64,000 bases of DNA from an uncultured Pelagibacteraceae bacterium (GTDB taxonomy: Bacteria; Pseudomonadota; Alphaproteobacteria; Pelagibacterales; Pelagibacteraceae): the NCBI GenBank assembly GCA_905618885.1, contig CAJQTC010000012.1:5352-69351 (forward strand). Direction: 5' to 3'. Numbering within the stretch: the stretch's first letter is position 1; every line of letters begins with the position of its first letter. A program made the translations under genes and the position numbers. Of this stretch, positions 20,254-31,400 are shown piece by piece. The notes under the pieces were generated by a model, which ran no database searches, was not told the origin of the DNA, and saw only the letters and a list, made by a program, of their open reading frames with translations.

Positions 20254-21930
20254 ATGAAAATAAATAAATTAAATAGTCTTGTAGAGTTATATTTTAAAAA
20301 ATGCGATGAAGTTGACCAAAAAAAACCTTTTTTAAAATGGTTGAAAGAAGACAAACCAACTCACAGCTGGGAAGATGTAAGAGAGAGAATTTTTAAACTT
20401 TCTTCTAAAATTAAATCTTTAATAAATGAAGGAGACCGATGTCTAATTCTATCAGAGAATAGACCAAATTGGTTAATTTCGGATATTGCTGTAATGAACG
20501 CAGGTGGTATTTCAGTACCAATCTTCACAACATACTCATCTAGTGATTATAAATATATTTTAAACGACTGTAATCCTTCATTAATAATTGTTTCAAATGA
20601 TAATCAATTTCTAAAAATTAAAGAATATATCAATTTAAAAAGTCAGAAAATCATATCTTTTGAAAAGATAGAAGTTGAAAGTTTATTAATGCAAGACATT
20701 TTGATTGAAAATAATCATAAAGAAATTATCAACTATAATCTAAAAAGAAATATGCCAGCGTGTATAATTTATACATCCGGTACCTCAGGCAATCCTAAAG
20801 GGGTAGTATTAAGTCACGGAGGAATTTTATCTAATTGTGAAGGAGCTGTTGAATTACTCAAATCATTAACAGAAAAAAAAGATCCAGTATTTTTAACATG
20901 GTTACCTTTATCCCATTCATATGAACATACGGTCCAGTTTATTCAAATCATAGTTGGGGCAAAAGTGTATTATGCAGAAAGTTTAGAAAAACTTATTTCA
21001 AACATGATAATTGCCAAACCAACTATTATGACAGCAGTACCAAGATTTTATCAAAACTTATTTACCAAAATAAATATTAACTTTGAAAAGCAAAAAGGAA
21101 TAAAAAAAAAACTTATTAATACCACCTTGAATTTAGGAAAGAAAATACTCAAAAAAGAAAAATTAAGTTTTAATGAAAAATTCACAAATTTTATTTGTAA
21201 TTTTTTAGTTCGAAAAAAAATACAAAATCAATTTGGGGGAAATCTTCAAGCATTTATATCTGGTGGGGGAGCGCTAGATCAAAATATTGGAGAGTTCTTA
21301 AATGCTGTAGGACTCCCAACTTTACAGGGCTATGGCCTTACCGAAGCTTCACCTGTAGTCAGTTGTAATTTACCAAATCTTGTAAAAGTCGAAACTGTAG
21401 GCCCACCATTTAGTACTAATGAAGTTAAAATTGCTGATGATGGAGAAATTCTTATTAAAGGCGAAAATGTAATGTTGGGTTACTGGAATCAAAAAGAAGA
21501 GACAGAAAAAGTTATCAAAGAAGGATGGTTGCACACAGGAGATATTGGTGAATTAAATCAGGATAATTATTTAAAAATAACTGATAGAAAAAAAGATATT
21601 ATTGTTAATCTTGGAGGAGATAACATCTCTCCAAGTAAAATAGAAAATATTTTATGTTTAAATCATTTAATTAAACAATCTTATGTTTATGGAGATAAAA
21701 AAAATTATCTAGTCGCAATTATTGTCTGTGATAAAGAAATAAGCAAAGAAAAAATTAAACCTGTAATTGAAAATATTAATAACAATTTAACCATAATAGA
21801 GAAAATAAAAAAAACTATTATACTTAATGATGAATTTACAATTGATAATGGAATGTTAACACCAACATTAAAGTTAAAAAGAAAAGAAATTTTAAAAAAT
21901 TATAAAAAACAATTAGATAATCTTTATTAA
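20254..21930 (+). CDS. fadD: Long-chain fatty acid-CoA ligase
   Basis: YTSGTSGNPKG, LPLSH, GYGLTE, WLHTGDIG, LTPTLK. Confidence 0.88.
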   Translation: MKINKLNSLVELYFKKCDEVDQKKPFLKWLKEDKPTHSWEDVRERIFKLSSKIKSLINEGDRCLILSENRPNWLISDIAVMNAGGISVPIFTTYSSSDYKYILNDCNPSLIIVSNDNQFLKIKEYINLKSQKIISFEKIEVESLLMQDILIENNHKEIINYNLKRNMPACIIYTSGTSGNPKGVVLSHGGILSNCEGAVELLKSLTEKKDPVFLTWLPLSHSYEHTVQFIQIIVGAKVYYAESLEKLISNMIIAKPTIMTAVPRFYQNLFTKININFEKQKGIKKKLINTTLNLGKKILKKEKLSFNEKFTNFICNFLVRKKIQNQFGGNLQAFISGGGALDQNIGEFLNAVGLPTLQGYGLTEASPVVSCNLPNLVKVETVGPPFSTNEVKIADDGEILIKGENVMLGYWNQKEETEKVIKEGWLHTGDIGELNQDNYLKITDRKKDIIVNLGGDNISPSKIENILCLNHLIKQSYVYGDKKNYLVAIIVCDKEISKEKIKPVIENINNNLTIIEKIKKTIILNDEFTIDNGMLTPTLKLKRKEILKNYKKQLDNLY

Positions 21931-22046
21931 ACTTAAAGATAAAAAATTAATTTGTCTAAAAAACATTGATATTGTTAACTTTTTTAAATTATATTAAAAA
22001 AAAAAAAATTTAATTAAAAATTAAAATTTGTGAATATAATTTATGT

Positions 22047-22074
22047 TTGACATGAATCTTTTATTAATTAGAGT
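22047..22074 (+). promoter_or_regulatory. Sigma70 promoter of the basic micropeptide gene
   Basis: TTGACA-N16-TAGAGT with long A/T tract upstream; GAATC site in spacer. Confidence 0.6.
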
Positions 22075-22125
22075 TTAAATAATAAACGAATCATTAAGAT
22101 TTGTTTTAATAAAAGGGAGATAAAA

Positions 22126-22188
22126 ATGGCTAAAAGAAAAAAAGCAAAGAAAAAAACTAAAAAAAAAGCTAAAAAAAGAAGAAGATAG
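22126..22188 (+). CDS. 20-aa Lys/Arg-rich micropeptide MAKRKKAKKKTKKKAKKRRR, not in ORF track
   Basis: Strong RBS AAGGGAGA 5 nt before ATG, own promoter and terminator. Confidence 0.7.
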   Translation: MAKRKKAKKKTKKKAKKRRR

Positions 22189-22202
22189 TTTTATTTTTAA
22201 CT

Positions 22203-22240
22203 AAACGCCCTTTTGATTGATTAATTAAAAGGGCGTTTTT
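22203..22240. terminator. Intrinsic terminator between micropeptide and carD, probably bidirectional
   Basis: AAACGCCCTTTTGATT-loop-AATTAAAAGGGCGTTT followed by T run on + strand. Confidence 0.85.
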
Positions 22241-22923
22241 TATTCTGTCTCTGGAATATTTTGATTTCTTCCTAAAGCTTTATCCATCTTCTTCGAGACT
22301 TCTTCAGGGGTCGTTTTTAAAACTGTCTCAAATTCTGATTTTAACCTTTCATAGGCTTTCTCAAATAACTGTCTTTCACTATATGATTGATCGGCAATAA
22401 TATCGGAGTTTTTATTAAGATCTTTTACAACTTCGGCAAGTTCATAAATTTTACCCGAATTAATTTTTTGATCATACTCCTGGGCACGTCTGCTCCACAT
22501 TGTTCTTTTGATTTTTGGCTTAATTTTTAAAATTGAGACACATTTATTTATTTGATTGACCGTAGAAATTGGTCTTAAATTAGCCTGTTGGTTAATTGGA
22601 ACGGTTAAGGTTAATTTTTCTTTTTCTATTAAAATCTTATAAAATTGTATTTCTATCTGGCCTATAGTTGCCTTTTCAACACCAATAATTCTTCCAACAC
22701 CATGTTTTGGATAGACTACAAAATCTTTAACTTCGTATAATCTTTTTTCTGTAGCTTGTTTTTTTATCTTTTTAATTTCAACTTTTTCTTCTTGTGTGTA
22801 AGTGTTTTTATTTACCAGCTTAGTTGATACTGCTTCAATTTTTTTCTCTTTTTTTTTTTTTACTTTTTTTAGTACCGTTTTTTTTACTTTTTTTATTTTT
22901 TTTATTTTTTTAATCTTTGGCAT
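22240..22923 (-). CDS. carD: CarD/CdnL family RNA polymerase-binding regulator
   Basis: VVYPKHGVG, WSRRAQEY..KINSG, SYSERQLFEKA. Confidence 0.92.
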   Translation of the reverse strand: MPKIKKIKKIKKVKKTVLKKVKKKKEKKIEAVSTKLVNKNTYTQEEKVEIKKIKKQATEKRLYEVKDFVVYPKHGVGRIIGVEKATIGQIEIQFYKILIEKEKLTLTVPINQQANLRPISTVNQINKCVSILKIKPKIKRTMWSRRAQEYDQKINSGKIYELAEVVKDLNKNSDIIADQSYSERQLFEKAYERLKSEFETVLKTTPEEVSKKMDKALGRNQNIPETE

Positions 22924-22924
22924 T

Positions 22925-23266
22925 CTATTTACCCGGTTTTTCTGAAAAATATTTACTGTGTTTACTTTTTATATCTTTAAATTTTTCGTTATCAATCATT
23001 GGTTCTTTTTTTTTTGTAATATTAGGCCATATTGCAGAAAACTTTTTATTTAGCAACAACCATTTGTCTTTATCTTCGTCTTCGTAACTATTATCGGCAA
23101 CTATTGCATTAATAGGACACTCTGGTTCACATACGCCGCAGTCAATACATTCGTCCGGATTTATAACAAGCATATTCTCTCCTTCATAAAAGCAGTCGAC
23201 TGGACAAACCTCAACACAATCAGTGAGTTTACATTTAATACATTCGTCTTTGACAATATAAGTCAT
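22925..23266 (-). CDS. fdxA: 7Fe ferredoxin
   Basis: [35 protein letters not shown]. Confidence 0.96.
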   Translation of the reverse strand: MTYIVKDECIKCKLTDCVEVCPVDCFYEGENMLVINPDECIDCGVCEPECPINAIVADNSYEDEDKDKWLLLNKKFSAIWPNITKKKEPMIDNEKFKDIKSKHSKYFSEKPGK

Positions 23267-23284
23267 AAAAATATTCTAATTAAA

Positions 23285-25753
23285 CTATTTGATATCTAAC
23301 GCAAGCAATTTACTAAATGGGTTTGTTAAATTTTTGTCAGAAGCTGTTTTGTCTCTATTTTTTTTGTGATCTTGAAAAAAATAATAAGTATCGTCATCTT
23401 TTGATTTTTTGTAACTCATTAAATCCATCAATTTGTAAAAATTTTCTTTAGTACAACCCAATAAATTCATCATTTCAGGTGATATTTTAAATTTTTTGTC
23501 TATTGTTTTGTCGATTATATTTATAAATAATTTTTCAAGCATATCTATACGTACAAAATAATCTTTAAATCGCTCAAAACCAGATAATAATAAAAACTTT
23601 TCATTAAAATTTTCATTTATCACAAAATTTAATCCAAACTTTGGAATATCTAAATTAGATGAAATATTATTATAAATTTTCCATAACGTTGTCCTTAGCG
23701 TCACAGCTTTTGGTTTTAGCATTTTAGGCAGAAAAACATGGTAGCGCCCAATCTTGATACCCATGTTCCAGAGTTTTTTCCTTTCTTCTTTTGAAATAAG
23801 CTTAATAATATCTTTAATATTTTTTCTTTTTAATACTCCATTACTTTCGTAAAGCTGGTAAGACAAAGCTCTTAAGTATTGATTCTCAATTTTTATTTTT
23901 GTTAAATTAATTAAGTCATTTAATACCTCGCTAATGTGCGAAGTTATCCAATTTTTTAAACACTGTTCTAGTTCTTTTTTTTTGTCCAAAGGTATTGCGT
24001 CGTCTGCTATAACTTCTACTTCAGGGTTTAAATAATTCTCACCTTTTTTAATTTTTGCTATAGGATTGTTTTGCCAAACAACTTTATTTCCAAAATCAAT
24101 AGATAAATTTTTTTCTTTTACTATAACATCGACTCTTTGGATTAACTCTTTTTCTATGCCTTTGCGTGCTGCTTTTTTAATAGATTTAAGATCTGCATCT
24201 AGATTCTTCGAAGTAAAATCTATTATAAATTTAAGACCTTTTAGTTTACCTACATATTGTTTGTCTATTAAGACTTTATGATCTTCACTTACTTCTGTTT
24301 CCAAAATCATATCTTGTTTTAGACCCCTTGCTAGAATACTAATTTTTTTGTCAATAAAACTCTTAGTTAGTTCTTCATGTAGTCTATCTGACAAATTATC
24401 TTCAATATTTTTTGTAAATTGAATCCAATAATCTGCATTTTCAACCCAATCCTTTTTATTAGCCACATATGCCCAAGTCCTAACGTTTGAAATTCTGTTT
24501 GCCAAAACATCTATATTGCCATGTTTTTTCTCCAGTCCATTTAATTGTATTTTCATGTATTCATTTGGAATTCTTTTTTTTCTAATAGACAAAAATTTAA
24601 ACACAGTATCTACGACATTTATATGTTGACCGTAGGCCTTCTTTTCAAAGTCTGGAATTTGGCAACATTCCCATAACAATTTTAGGTTATTACTATAAAT
24701 ATTATTTTCTTTATTTTTTTTTAGCAAAAATCTTAACACAACCTCGTCTATAGATTCACTTGTTCTAATGAGGTTATTATCGGTTGGCTTTTCTTCGAGC
24801 GACAAAATTAATTTTTTTTCATTTTCAAAATTTAAATTTGCATTTCTCCAATAAAGCATTTTAGTATTTGGTAGAGTATGATTTTCTATTTTTTCTATTT
24901 CATCAGAGTTTAAAGCTTCACAGTCACCTGTTGTTCCAAACTTTCCGTTATTTTTGTACCGACCGGCACGTCCCGCAATCTGAGACATTTCGACTAAATT
25001 TAATCTTCTTGTTTTTTTTCCATCAAATTTTTTTAAATTAGAAAAATAAATTTCATCAATATCCATATTTAGTCCCATACCAATTGCGTCTGTGGCAACT
25101 AAATAGTCTACATCTCCTGATTGATACAATTTAACTTGTGAACTTCGCGTCTTAGGGCTTAACGACCCCATAATAACAGCAGCTCCACCTTTTTGACGTC
25201 TAACTAATTCAGCAATTGCATAAACTTCTTCTATCGAAAAAGCTATGATTGCAGTTTTTCTATCTAATCGTGAAATTTTTTTATAACCACTATAAAACAA
25301 TTTAGAAAATCTCTCTTTTTTTAAAAATTCTACTCCATCAACTAAACGATTAATAATATCTCTCATGACTTGTGAACCCAAAAACATTGTTAATTTTTCC
25401 CCTCTTGCATTAAGAAGTCTGTTTGTAAAAATATGTCCACGTTCTTTGTCTGCACACATTTGTATCTCATCGATGGCCACAAAATCTACAGCCTTATCTT
25501 TTGGCATGGACTCGACTGTACAAATAAAAAAATCAGCAGAATTTGGAATTATTTTCTCTTCACCTGTTATTAACGCAACTTTATTAAAGCCAATTTTTTC
25601 TACACACTTTTCATAAACTTCACGCGCTAACAATCTAAGAGGCAATCCAAAAATTCCAGATTCGAACTCTAGCATTTTTTCTATGGCATCATGAGTCTTG
25701 CCTGTATTTGTGGGACCTAAAAGTGCAATAATTTTTTTTGATGAGTTTTGCAT
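23285..25753 (-). CDS. SUV3/MgpS-like ATP-dependent helicase
   Basis: GPTNTGKT, PLRLLARE, DEIQ, ATDAIGMGLN, QIAGRAGR. Confidence 0.9.
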   Translation of the reverse strand: MQNSSKKIIALLGPTNTGKTHDAIEKMLEFESGIFGLPLRLLAREVYEKCVEKIGFNKVALITGEEKIIPNSADFFICTVESMPKDKAVDFVAIDEIQMCADKERGHIFTNRLLNARGEKLTMFLGSQVMRDIINRLVDGVEFLKKERFSKLFYSGYKKISRLDRKTAIIAFSIEEVYAIAELVRRQKGGAAVIMGSLSPKTRSSQVKLYQSGDVDYLVATDAIGMGLNMDIDEIYFSNLKKFDGKKTRRLNLVEMSQIAGRAGRYKNNGKFGTTGDCEALNSDEIEKIENHTLPNTKMLYWRNANLNFENEKKLILSLEEKPTDNNLIRTSESIDEVVLRFLLKKNKENNIYSNNLKLLWECCQIPDFEKKAYGQHINVVDTVFKFLSIRKKRIPNEYMKIQLNGLEKKHGNIDVLANRISNVRTWAYVANKKDWVENADYWIQFTKNIEDNLSDRLHEELTKSFIDKKISILARGLKQDMILETEVSEDHKVLIDKQYVGKLKGLKFIIDFTSKNLDADLKSIKKAARKGIEKELIQRVDVIVKEKNLSIDFGNKVVWQNNPIAKIKKGENYLNPEVEVIADDAIPLDKKKELEQCLKNWITSHISEVLNDLINLTKIKIENQYLRALSYQLYESNGVLKRKNIKDIIKLISKEERKKLWNMGIKIGRYHVFLPKMLKPKAVTLRTTLWKIYNNISSNLDIPKFGLNFVINENFNEKFLLLSGFERFKDYFVRIDMLEKLFINIIDKTIDKKFKISPEMMNLLGCTKENFYKLMDLMSYKKSKDDDTYYFFQDHKKNRDKTASDKNLTNPFSKLLALDIK

Positions 25754-25858
25754 TTTGTGTTTGATAGTTTTTTCTATACTATATGTAGATCTACAATGAG
25801 AACAAAATAAGAGTAAAACATGACCGAATCAGTTTGTCAAATGTTCCAATCTTAAGAC

Positions 25859-26230
25859 CTATAATATTTTCCAGACCCCAGAAGCAGTTACCACAATACT
25901 ATCAGAGTTTAATATCTCACAAGTTATAAAAATAAGAGAGTTAGTTTTTTTTTGAATTTTGACTTTCCCTATGAGAATTTGATTTAAAAATGCGGCAGAA
26001 ATAAATTTGACTTCTAGAGATATAGTTACACATCTCTTATTGCTAATTATATGTGCTGCAGTACCCATACCTGTATCTGCTATAGTTGATAAATAACCAC
26101 CATGAACAGTTTTTCCCGTATTAAGATGAACTTCTTTAACACTAGATGAAAATGAATAATTATTATCATCAATTCTTTTTAGTTTTAAGCCACCGTTGTG
26201 ACTCATAAAACCTGTATTAGTTTCGTCCAT
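25859..26230 (-). CDS. PaaI family thioesterase
   Basis: HLN..GTVHGG-like motif (HLNTGKTVHGGYLSTIAD), hotdog-fold size; start set at ATG 26230. Confidence 0.85.
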   Translation of the reverse strand: MDETNTGFMSHNGGLKLKRIDDNNYSFSSSVKEVHLNTGKTVHGGYLSTIADTGMGTAAHIISNKRCVTISLEVKFISAAFLNQILIGKVKIQKKTNSLIFITCEILNSDSIVVTASGVWKIL

Positions 26231-27119
26231 AATTTTTTTTATCATAGATTGGTGTAATCTGTGAAAATATTACTGCAAACAATATTAAAAGTATCCCCAA
26301 TATTTTAATTTCATTTAAAAATTGGTCTAAAATTAACCATGCAAAAATTGCTGCAAACACCCCTTCAAGAGAGAATATAATTGCAGCGGGTGCAGGCGTT
26401 AAATTTTGCAAAGAGTAGGTCTGTAGTAAAAAAGCTAATCCGCTTGATAAAACTCCTACGTAGAGTATCTCGTACGAATCTTTTAATATATTGTGGAGTA
26501 AAGGATCCTCATAAATTAACATTGGCAGGATTGTAAATACAAATGCAATAAAACATTGTGACATTGCAATAGTAATTGGAAAATTAAAAAATTTAACTGT
26601 TTTACTTATATATATAATATGAAAAGCCCAACAAAAAGCGCTTAAAATACTAAGTGTATCACCGAATCTAACCGAGATATTTTTCAACTCACTTAGAAGC
26701 AATCCACCTACTACGCATAAAATTACAGCAGGCCAGATAGACCAATGAATTTTTTTTGAAAAAATAAAATAAGATATGAAAGGCACTATCAATACGTACA
26801 TAACGGTAAAAACACCAGTGTTTGCGACATTGGTATATATTAATGAAATTTGTTGGAGCGCCTGACCTATTCCCAATATAAAACCTAAAAGAACTAAATA
26901 AGAAAAAACTTTTTTAACATCGAATTTTTTTTCTTTTATCTTTTTAAGCTCAAAAAAAAGAAAAAAGGGAAGCAAGGATAAAAATCCAACCAGAAATCTT
27001 CCTACATTAAATGTGTGAGGACCAATAAAATCCATGCCCATATCTTGAGCAACAAAAGCTGAACCCCATAAAACTGAAGTTATGATTGCACAAATAAGAG
27101 AAAAAATATTTTTATTCAC
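26217..27119 (-). CDS. DMT/EamA family transporter
   Basis: LWGSAF, about 10 TM segments, duplicated EamA pattern, SLEGVFA. Confidence 0.9.
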   Translation of the reverse strand: MNKNIFSLICAIITSVLWGSAFVAQDMGMDFIGPHTFNVGRFLVGFLSLLPFFLFFELKKIKEKKFDVKKVFSYLVLLGFILGIGQALQQISLIYTNVANTGVFTVMYVLIVPFISYFIFSKKIHWSIWPAVILCVVGGLLLSELKNISVRFGDTLSILSAFCWAFHIIYISKTVKFFNFPITIAMSQCFIAFVFTILPMLIYEDPLLHNILKDSYEILYVGVLSSGLAFLLQTYSLQNLTPAPAAIIFSLEGVFAAIFAWLILDQFLNEIKILGILLILFAVIFSQITPIYDKKNYGRN

Positions 27120-27143
27120 TAAAAGTGAATATTGTAAATTTGT

Positions 27144-28421
27144 TTAAACAGCAAGTTTGAATGCAAAGTCTTTTCCTAAGCTTTGGCCTAGATGAACACA
27201 GAACCTTGCGCCTTCCGCCCCGTCAATGAATCTATGATCGTAAGACAAAGAGATAGGCAATGTTTTTCTTGTTATAATTTTACCATCTTTTTTAACTACT
27301 TTATCATATGATTTGCCAACCCCTAATATAGATAATTCTGGAGGATTAATGATAGGAGTAAAAAAAGTACCTCCAATACCACCTAAACTAGAGATTGTCA
27401 TTGACCCACCAAAAAACTCTTTCTTTTCAATTTTAAGTTCTTTACATAACTTGCTAACAGTTCTTAGCTTTTGACTTATTCCTTTAATATCTAATTGATC
27501 TACATTTCTAATTTTTGGAACCATCAGACCATGCGGTGTGTCTACAGCTACCCCAATATGAAAGTATTTTTTATATGTAACTTTTCCATTTACAGGATCT
27601 ATTGAAGCATTAAAATTTGGGTATTCTATAAGAGCGTTTACCATCGCCCTCATAATAAAAGCTAATGGAGTGATAGATATTTTTTGACCAGTATATAAAT
27701 CTCTTAGAGAACTTCTAAACTGTTCCATTTCTGTAATATCTATTTCCTCATGTTGCGTGACGTGTGGTATCTCTGTCCAGGATTTAACAAGGTGAGGACC
27801 TGACAGTCTTTTTATTCTTGGAATGTCTTTTACTTCGGTCTCACCAAACTCACTATGTTCATACTCATCTTTTATACTTATTTTCTTTGGGGCAACAGAA
27901 ACCGAAGTATCTATTAGTTTATTCTTTACGTAATCTTTAACATCGTCTTTAGTTATTCTGCCAAATCTTTTAGAGCCAGGTATTTCAGAGATATCAGCAC
28001 CTAATTCTCTTATGAATTTTCTTATATTGGGGCTAGCTGGTTTTATTTTTCCTTTTGAAGACAAAGAAGATAACTGTACATTTTCTTTTTTATTATCTTT
28101 TGGAAAATCTATAATTTTATTTTTATTTTTAATATTACTATCTTGATTTTTTAAAACTGGTTTATTTTCTTCTTTTTTATTTTCTTCAGTATTTAGCAAC
28201 AAGATTGTAGTTCCTTCAGAGACTTTATCTCCTACTTTAATGTTAATTTTTTTAATTATTCCGCTAAAATTTGAAGGGACTTCTACTGATGATTTGTCAC
28301 TCTCTAGTGTAATTACCGAATCATCTTTCTTAAGATGCTGTCCCTCTTTTACTAAAATTTCTATTACCTCTACTTCTTTAAAATCACCTATATTTGGAAC
28401 AATAATTTTTTGTTCAGCCAT
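27144..28421 (-). CDS. aceF: Pyruvate dehydrogenase E2 dihydrolipoamide acetyltransferase (one lipoyl domain)
   Basis: ESDKS lipoyl motif, ASP..RK..RE E3-binding domain, DHRFIDG. Confidence 0.93.
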   Translation of the reverse strand: MAEQKIIVPNIGDFKEVEVIEILVKEGQHLKKDDSVITLESDKSSVEVPSNFSGIIKKINIKVGDKVSEGTTILLLNTEENKKEENKPVLKNQDSNIKNKNKIIDFPKDNKKENVQLSSLSSKGKIKPASPNIRKFIRELGADISEIPGSKRFGRITKDDVKDYVKNKLIDTSVSVAPKKISIKDEYEHSEFGETEVKDIPRIKRLSGPHLVKSWTEIPHVTQHEEIDITEMEQFRSSLRDLYTGQKISITPLAFIMRAMVNALIEYPNFNASIDPVNGKVTYKKYFHIGVAVDTPHGLMVPKIRNVDQLDIKGISQKLRTVSKLCKELKIEKKEFFGGSMTISSLGGIGGTFFTPIINPPELSILGVGKSYDKVVKKDGKIITRKTLPISLSYDHRFIDGAEGARFCVHLGQSLGKDFAFKLAV

Positions 28422-28423
28422 AA

Positions 28424-31400
28424 TTATAGTTTTGTTGGAAACGCTTTATTTTTATCAATATTATATTTCTTAATTGCTTTTTCTGCATTTTCAGAACCTA
28501 TCAGCTGTTCATTTGCTAAAGCGCTTAGCGTGTAAGCAACTATGTGTTCTTTATCTACCTCAAAGAATCTTCTTAAATTTTTTCTCGTATCACTTCTTCC
28601 AAAGCCATCTGTGCCCAAGGAGTAAAAGGGTTTGTCAGTATAGGGTCTGATTTGATCAGAAAACGACCTAACATAGTCTGTAACAGCTATAATTGGACCA
28701 TCTCTTTTCTCTATACATTTTTGAATATAGCTTTTTTCTTTTTTTCCTTTAGGGTTTAAAAGGTTTTTTCTTTCAACTTCCATACCATCTTTTCTTAATT
28801 CATTAAAACTAGTGATGCTCCAAATATCAGAATCTACTCCATATTCTTCAGATAATATTTTAGCTGCTGCTATAGCTTCTCGTAAAATTGTACCAGAGCC
28901 CATTAATTGAATTTTAATTTTTCCTTTGTTTTTATATTCTTTGAATAAATACATGCCTTTTAAGATCCCTTCATCGGCTCCTTCTGGTTTTTGAGGATGG
29001 GAGTAGTTTTCGTTCATCGCTGTAATATAATAAAAAACATTTTCATTCTTTTCATGCATTCTTCTTAAGCCTTCCCTAAAGATTACTGCCATTTCATAAG
29101 AAAAAGTTGGGTCATAAGAAACACAATTTGGAATCATGGAAGCTAAGATATGGCTATGGCCGTCTTGGTGTTGTAAACCTTCGCCTGCAAGAGTTGTTCT
29201 TCCTGCGGTGGCTCCTATTAAAAAACCTCTAGCTTGAGCATCTCCTGCCGCCCAGGCAAAATCACCAACTCTTTGAAATCCAAACATTGAATAAAAAATA
29301 TATACAGGAATCATTTCTATATCGTGATTAGTATAGGCAGTCGCTGCTGCAATCCAAGAGGACATAGCACCAGCTTCTGTAATTCCTTCCTCTAACACTT
29401 GGCCACTTTTGGTTTCTTTATAAGAACTTAATTGTTCAGAATCTTCTGGTTCATACTTCTGTCCTTCATGTGCATAAATTCCTATTTTTCTAAAAAAACC
29501 TTCCATACCAAAAGTTCTCGCTTCATCTGGAATAATTGGAACTAATCTTGGAGCAACATTCTGATCTCTAAGAAGATTAGTTAACATCCGAACAAGAGCC
29601 ATCGTCGTGGACATTTCTTTGTCTCCTGTTGATTTCATAAAACTTTCAAATATGTCTTTAGGAGGAGCTTTAATAGGTTTTGCTAAAGATGACCTTTCAG
29701 GAATAAATCCCCCAAGTTTTTTTCTTCTCTCTTTTAAATATTTAATTTCTTCAGAATTTTCAGCAGGCTTATAATATTCAATATTCTTTACCTGTGCATC
29801 AGTTAAAGGAACGTTAAATCGGTCTCTATAATATAGTAAATCTTTTTCATCTAATTTTTTTTGCTGATGCGTTGTGTTTATACTTTCGCCAGATTTACCC
29901 ATTCCGTAGCCTTTTACGGTTTTAGCAATAACCACAGTTGGAGAACCTTTGTGTTGCATTGCTGCATGATAAGCGGCATAAACTTTGTGTGGATCGTGGC
30001 CACCCCTATTGAGTTTCCAAATATCATTGTCAGTCATAGAAGAAACTAGTGCTTTTAATTCAGGATACTTTCCAAAGAATTTTTCTCTCACATAGGCTCC
30101 ACCTTTAGCCTTCATTGCTTGGTACTCACCGTCAACAACCTCGTTCATACGCTTCATTAACAATCCGCTTTTATCAGCCTTTAAAAGAGGGTCCCAATAA
30201 GAACCCCATATAACTTTTAAAACATTCCACCCGACTCCCCTGAAATTACCTTCTAGTTCTTGAATAATTTTACCATTTCCTCTTACGGGACCATCAAGTC
30301 GTTGAAGATTGCAATTAACTACAAAAATTAAATTATCTAGTTTTTCTCTGGCTGCTAAACTGATAGCACCTAATGACTCTGGTTCGTCCGTTTCGCCATC
30401 ACCTATAAAAACCCAAATTTTTCTCCCCTCATCTTTTAACAAACCTCTATTAATTAAATATTTTAAAAACCTAGCTTGATAGATTGCCATAATAGGACCA
30501 AGCCCCATTGAGACAGTTGGAAATTGCCAAAATTTTGGCATAAGCCAAGGATGAGGATAAGAAGAAAGACCCCCAGAATCTACCTCTTGTCTAAATCTAT
30601 TTAATTGTTCTTCTTTAAGTCTGCCTTCCAAAAATGCACGTGCATACATGCCAGGTGCGGAGTGACCTTGAAAATAAATCAAATCGCCTCCAAAATCTTT
30701 ATTTTTTGCTCTCCAAAAATGATTCATTCCCACGTCATAAAGCGTAGCTGCAGAAGCAAATGTTCCAATATGACCACCAAGTTCACTGCTAATTTTATTA
30801 GCTCTAACAACCATAGCTGCTGCATTCCACCTAATGTAAGCGCGTATTTTTTTTTCTATATTTTGATCGCCGGGAGATCTAGCTTCTAATTCAGTTGGAA
30901 TCGTATTTATATAAGGTGTTGTTCTAGTGTCAGGTAAAACAAGTCCAGCAGTGTATGCTTCAGATACAACTTTATTTAAAAGATAACTAGCTCTTGAAGG
31001 GCCATCATTTTCTATTACCGCGTTTAAAGATTCTATCCATTCTTTAGTTTCTAGCGGGTCAATATCATCACTAGAAGAAGATTGAGAGAAAACTTTTTCA
31101 ACTTTTTTTATTGTATTAATATTTCTTAAATTTTGTTCTTTCTCTGTATTCTCTTTTTCAGGAAAATTATTTTTCTTATTTTCTTTTTTTCTCTCGATAC
31201 TAGGAGAATCATTCTCAACTTTTGCTAACAAGCTGCCTTTAGAAACTTTATCTCCAACTTTAATATCAAGTTCAATAATTTTACCTGCTATTGGAGAAGG
31301 TACTTCAACACTTGATTTGTCACTTTCTAAAGTGACAATAGGATCATCTTTGTTAATTTGGTCACCAACTTTTACTAGTACCTCAATAATCTCAACGCTA

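Noticed and set aside
25798-25815. GAAC-N7-GAGT as an alphaproteobacterial LexA box upstream of the helicase
   Set aside because: The second half-site has two mismatches to GAAC, too weak without comparative data.
28280-31340. DNA similarity between aceF and aceE 5' regions as a mobile repeat
   Set aside because: It reflects the two homologous lipoyl domains.
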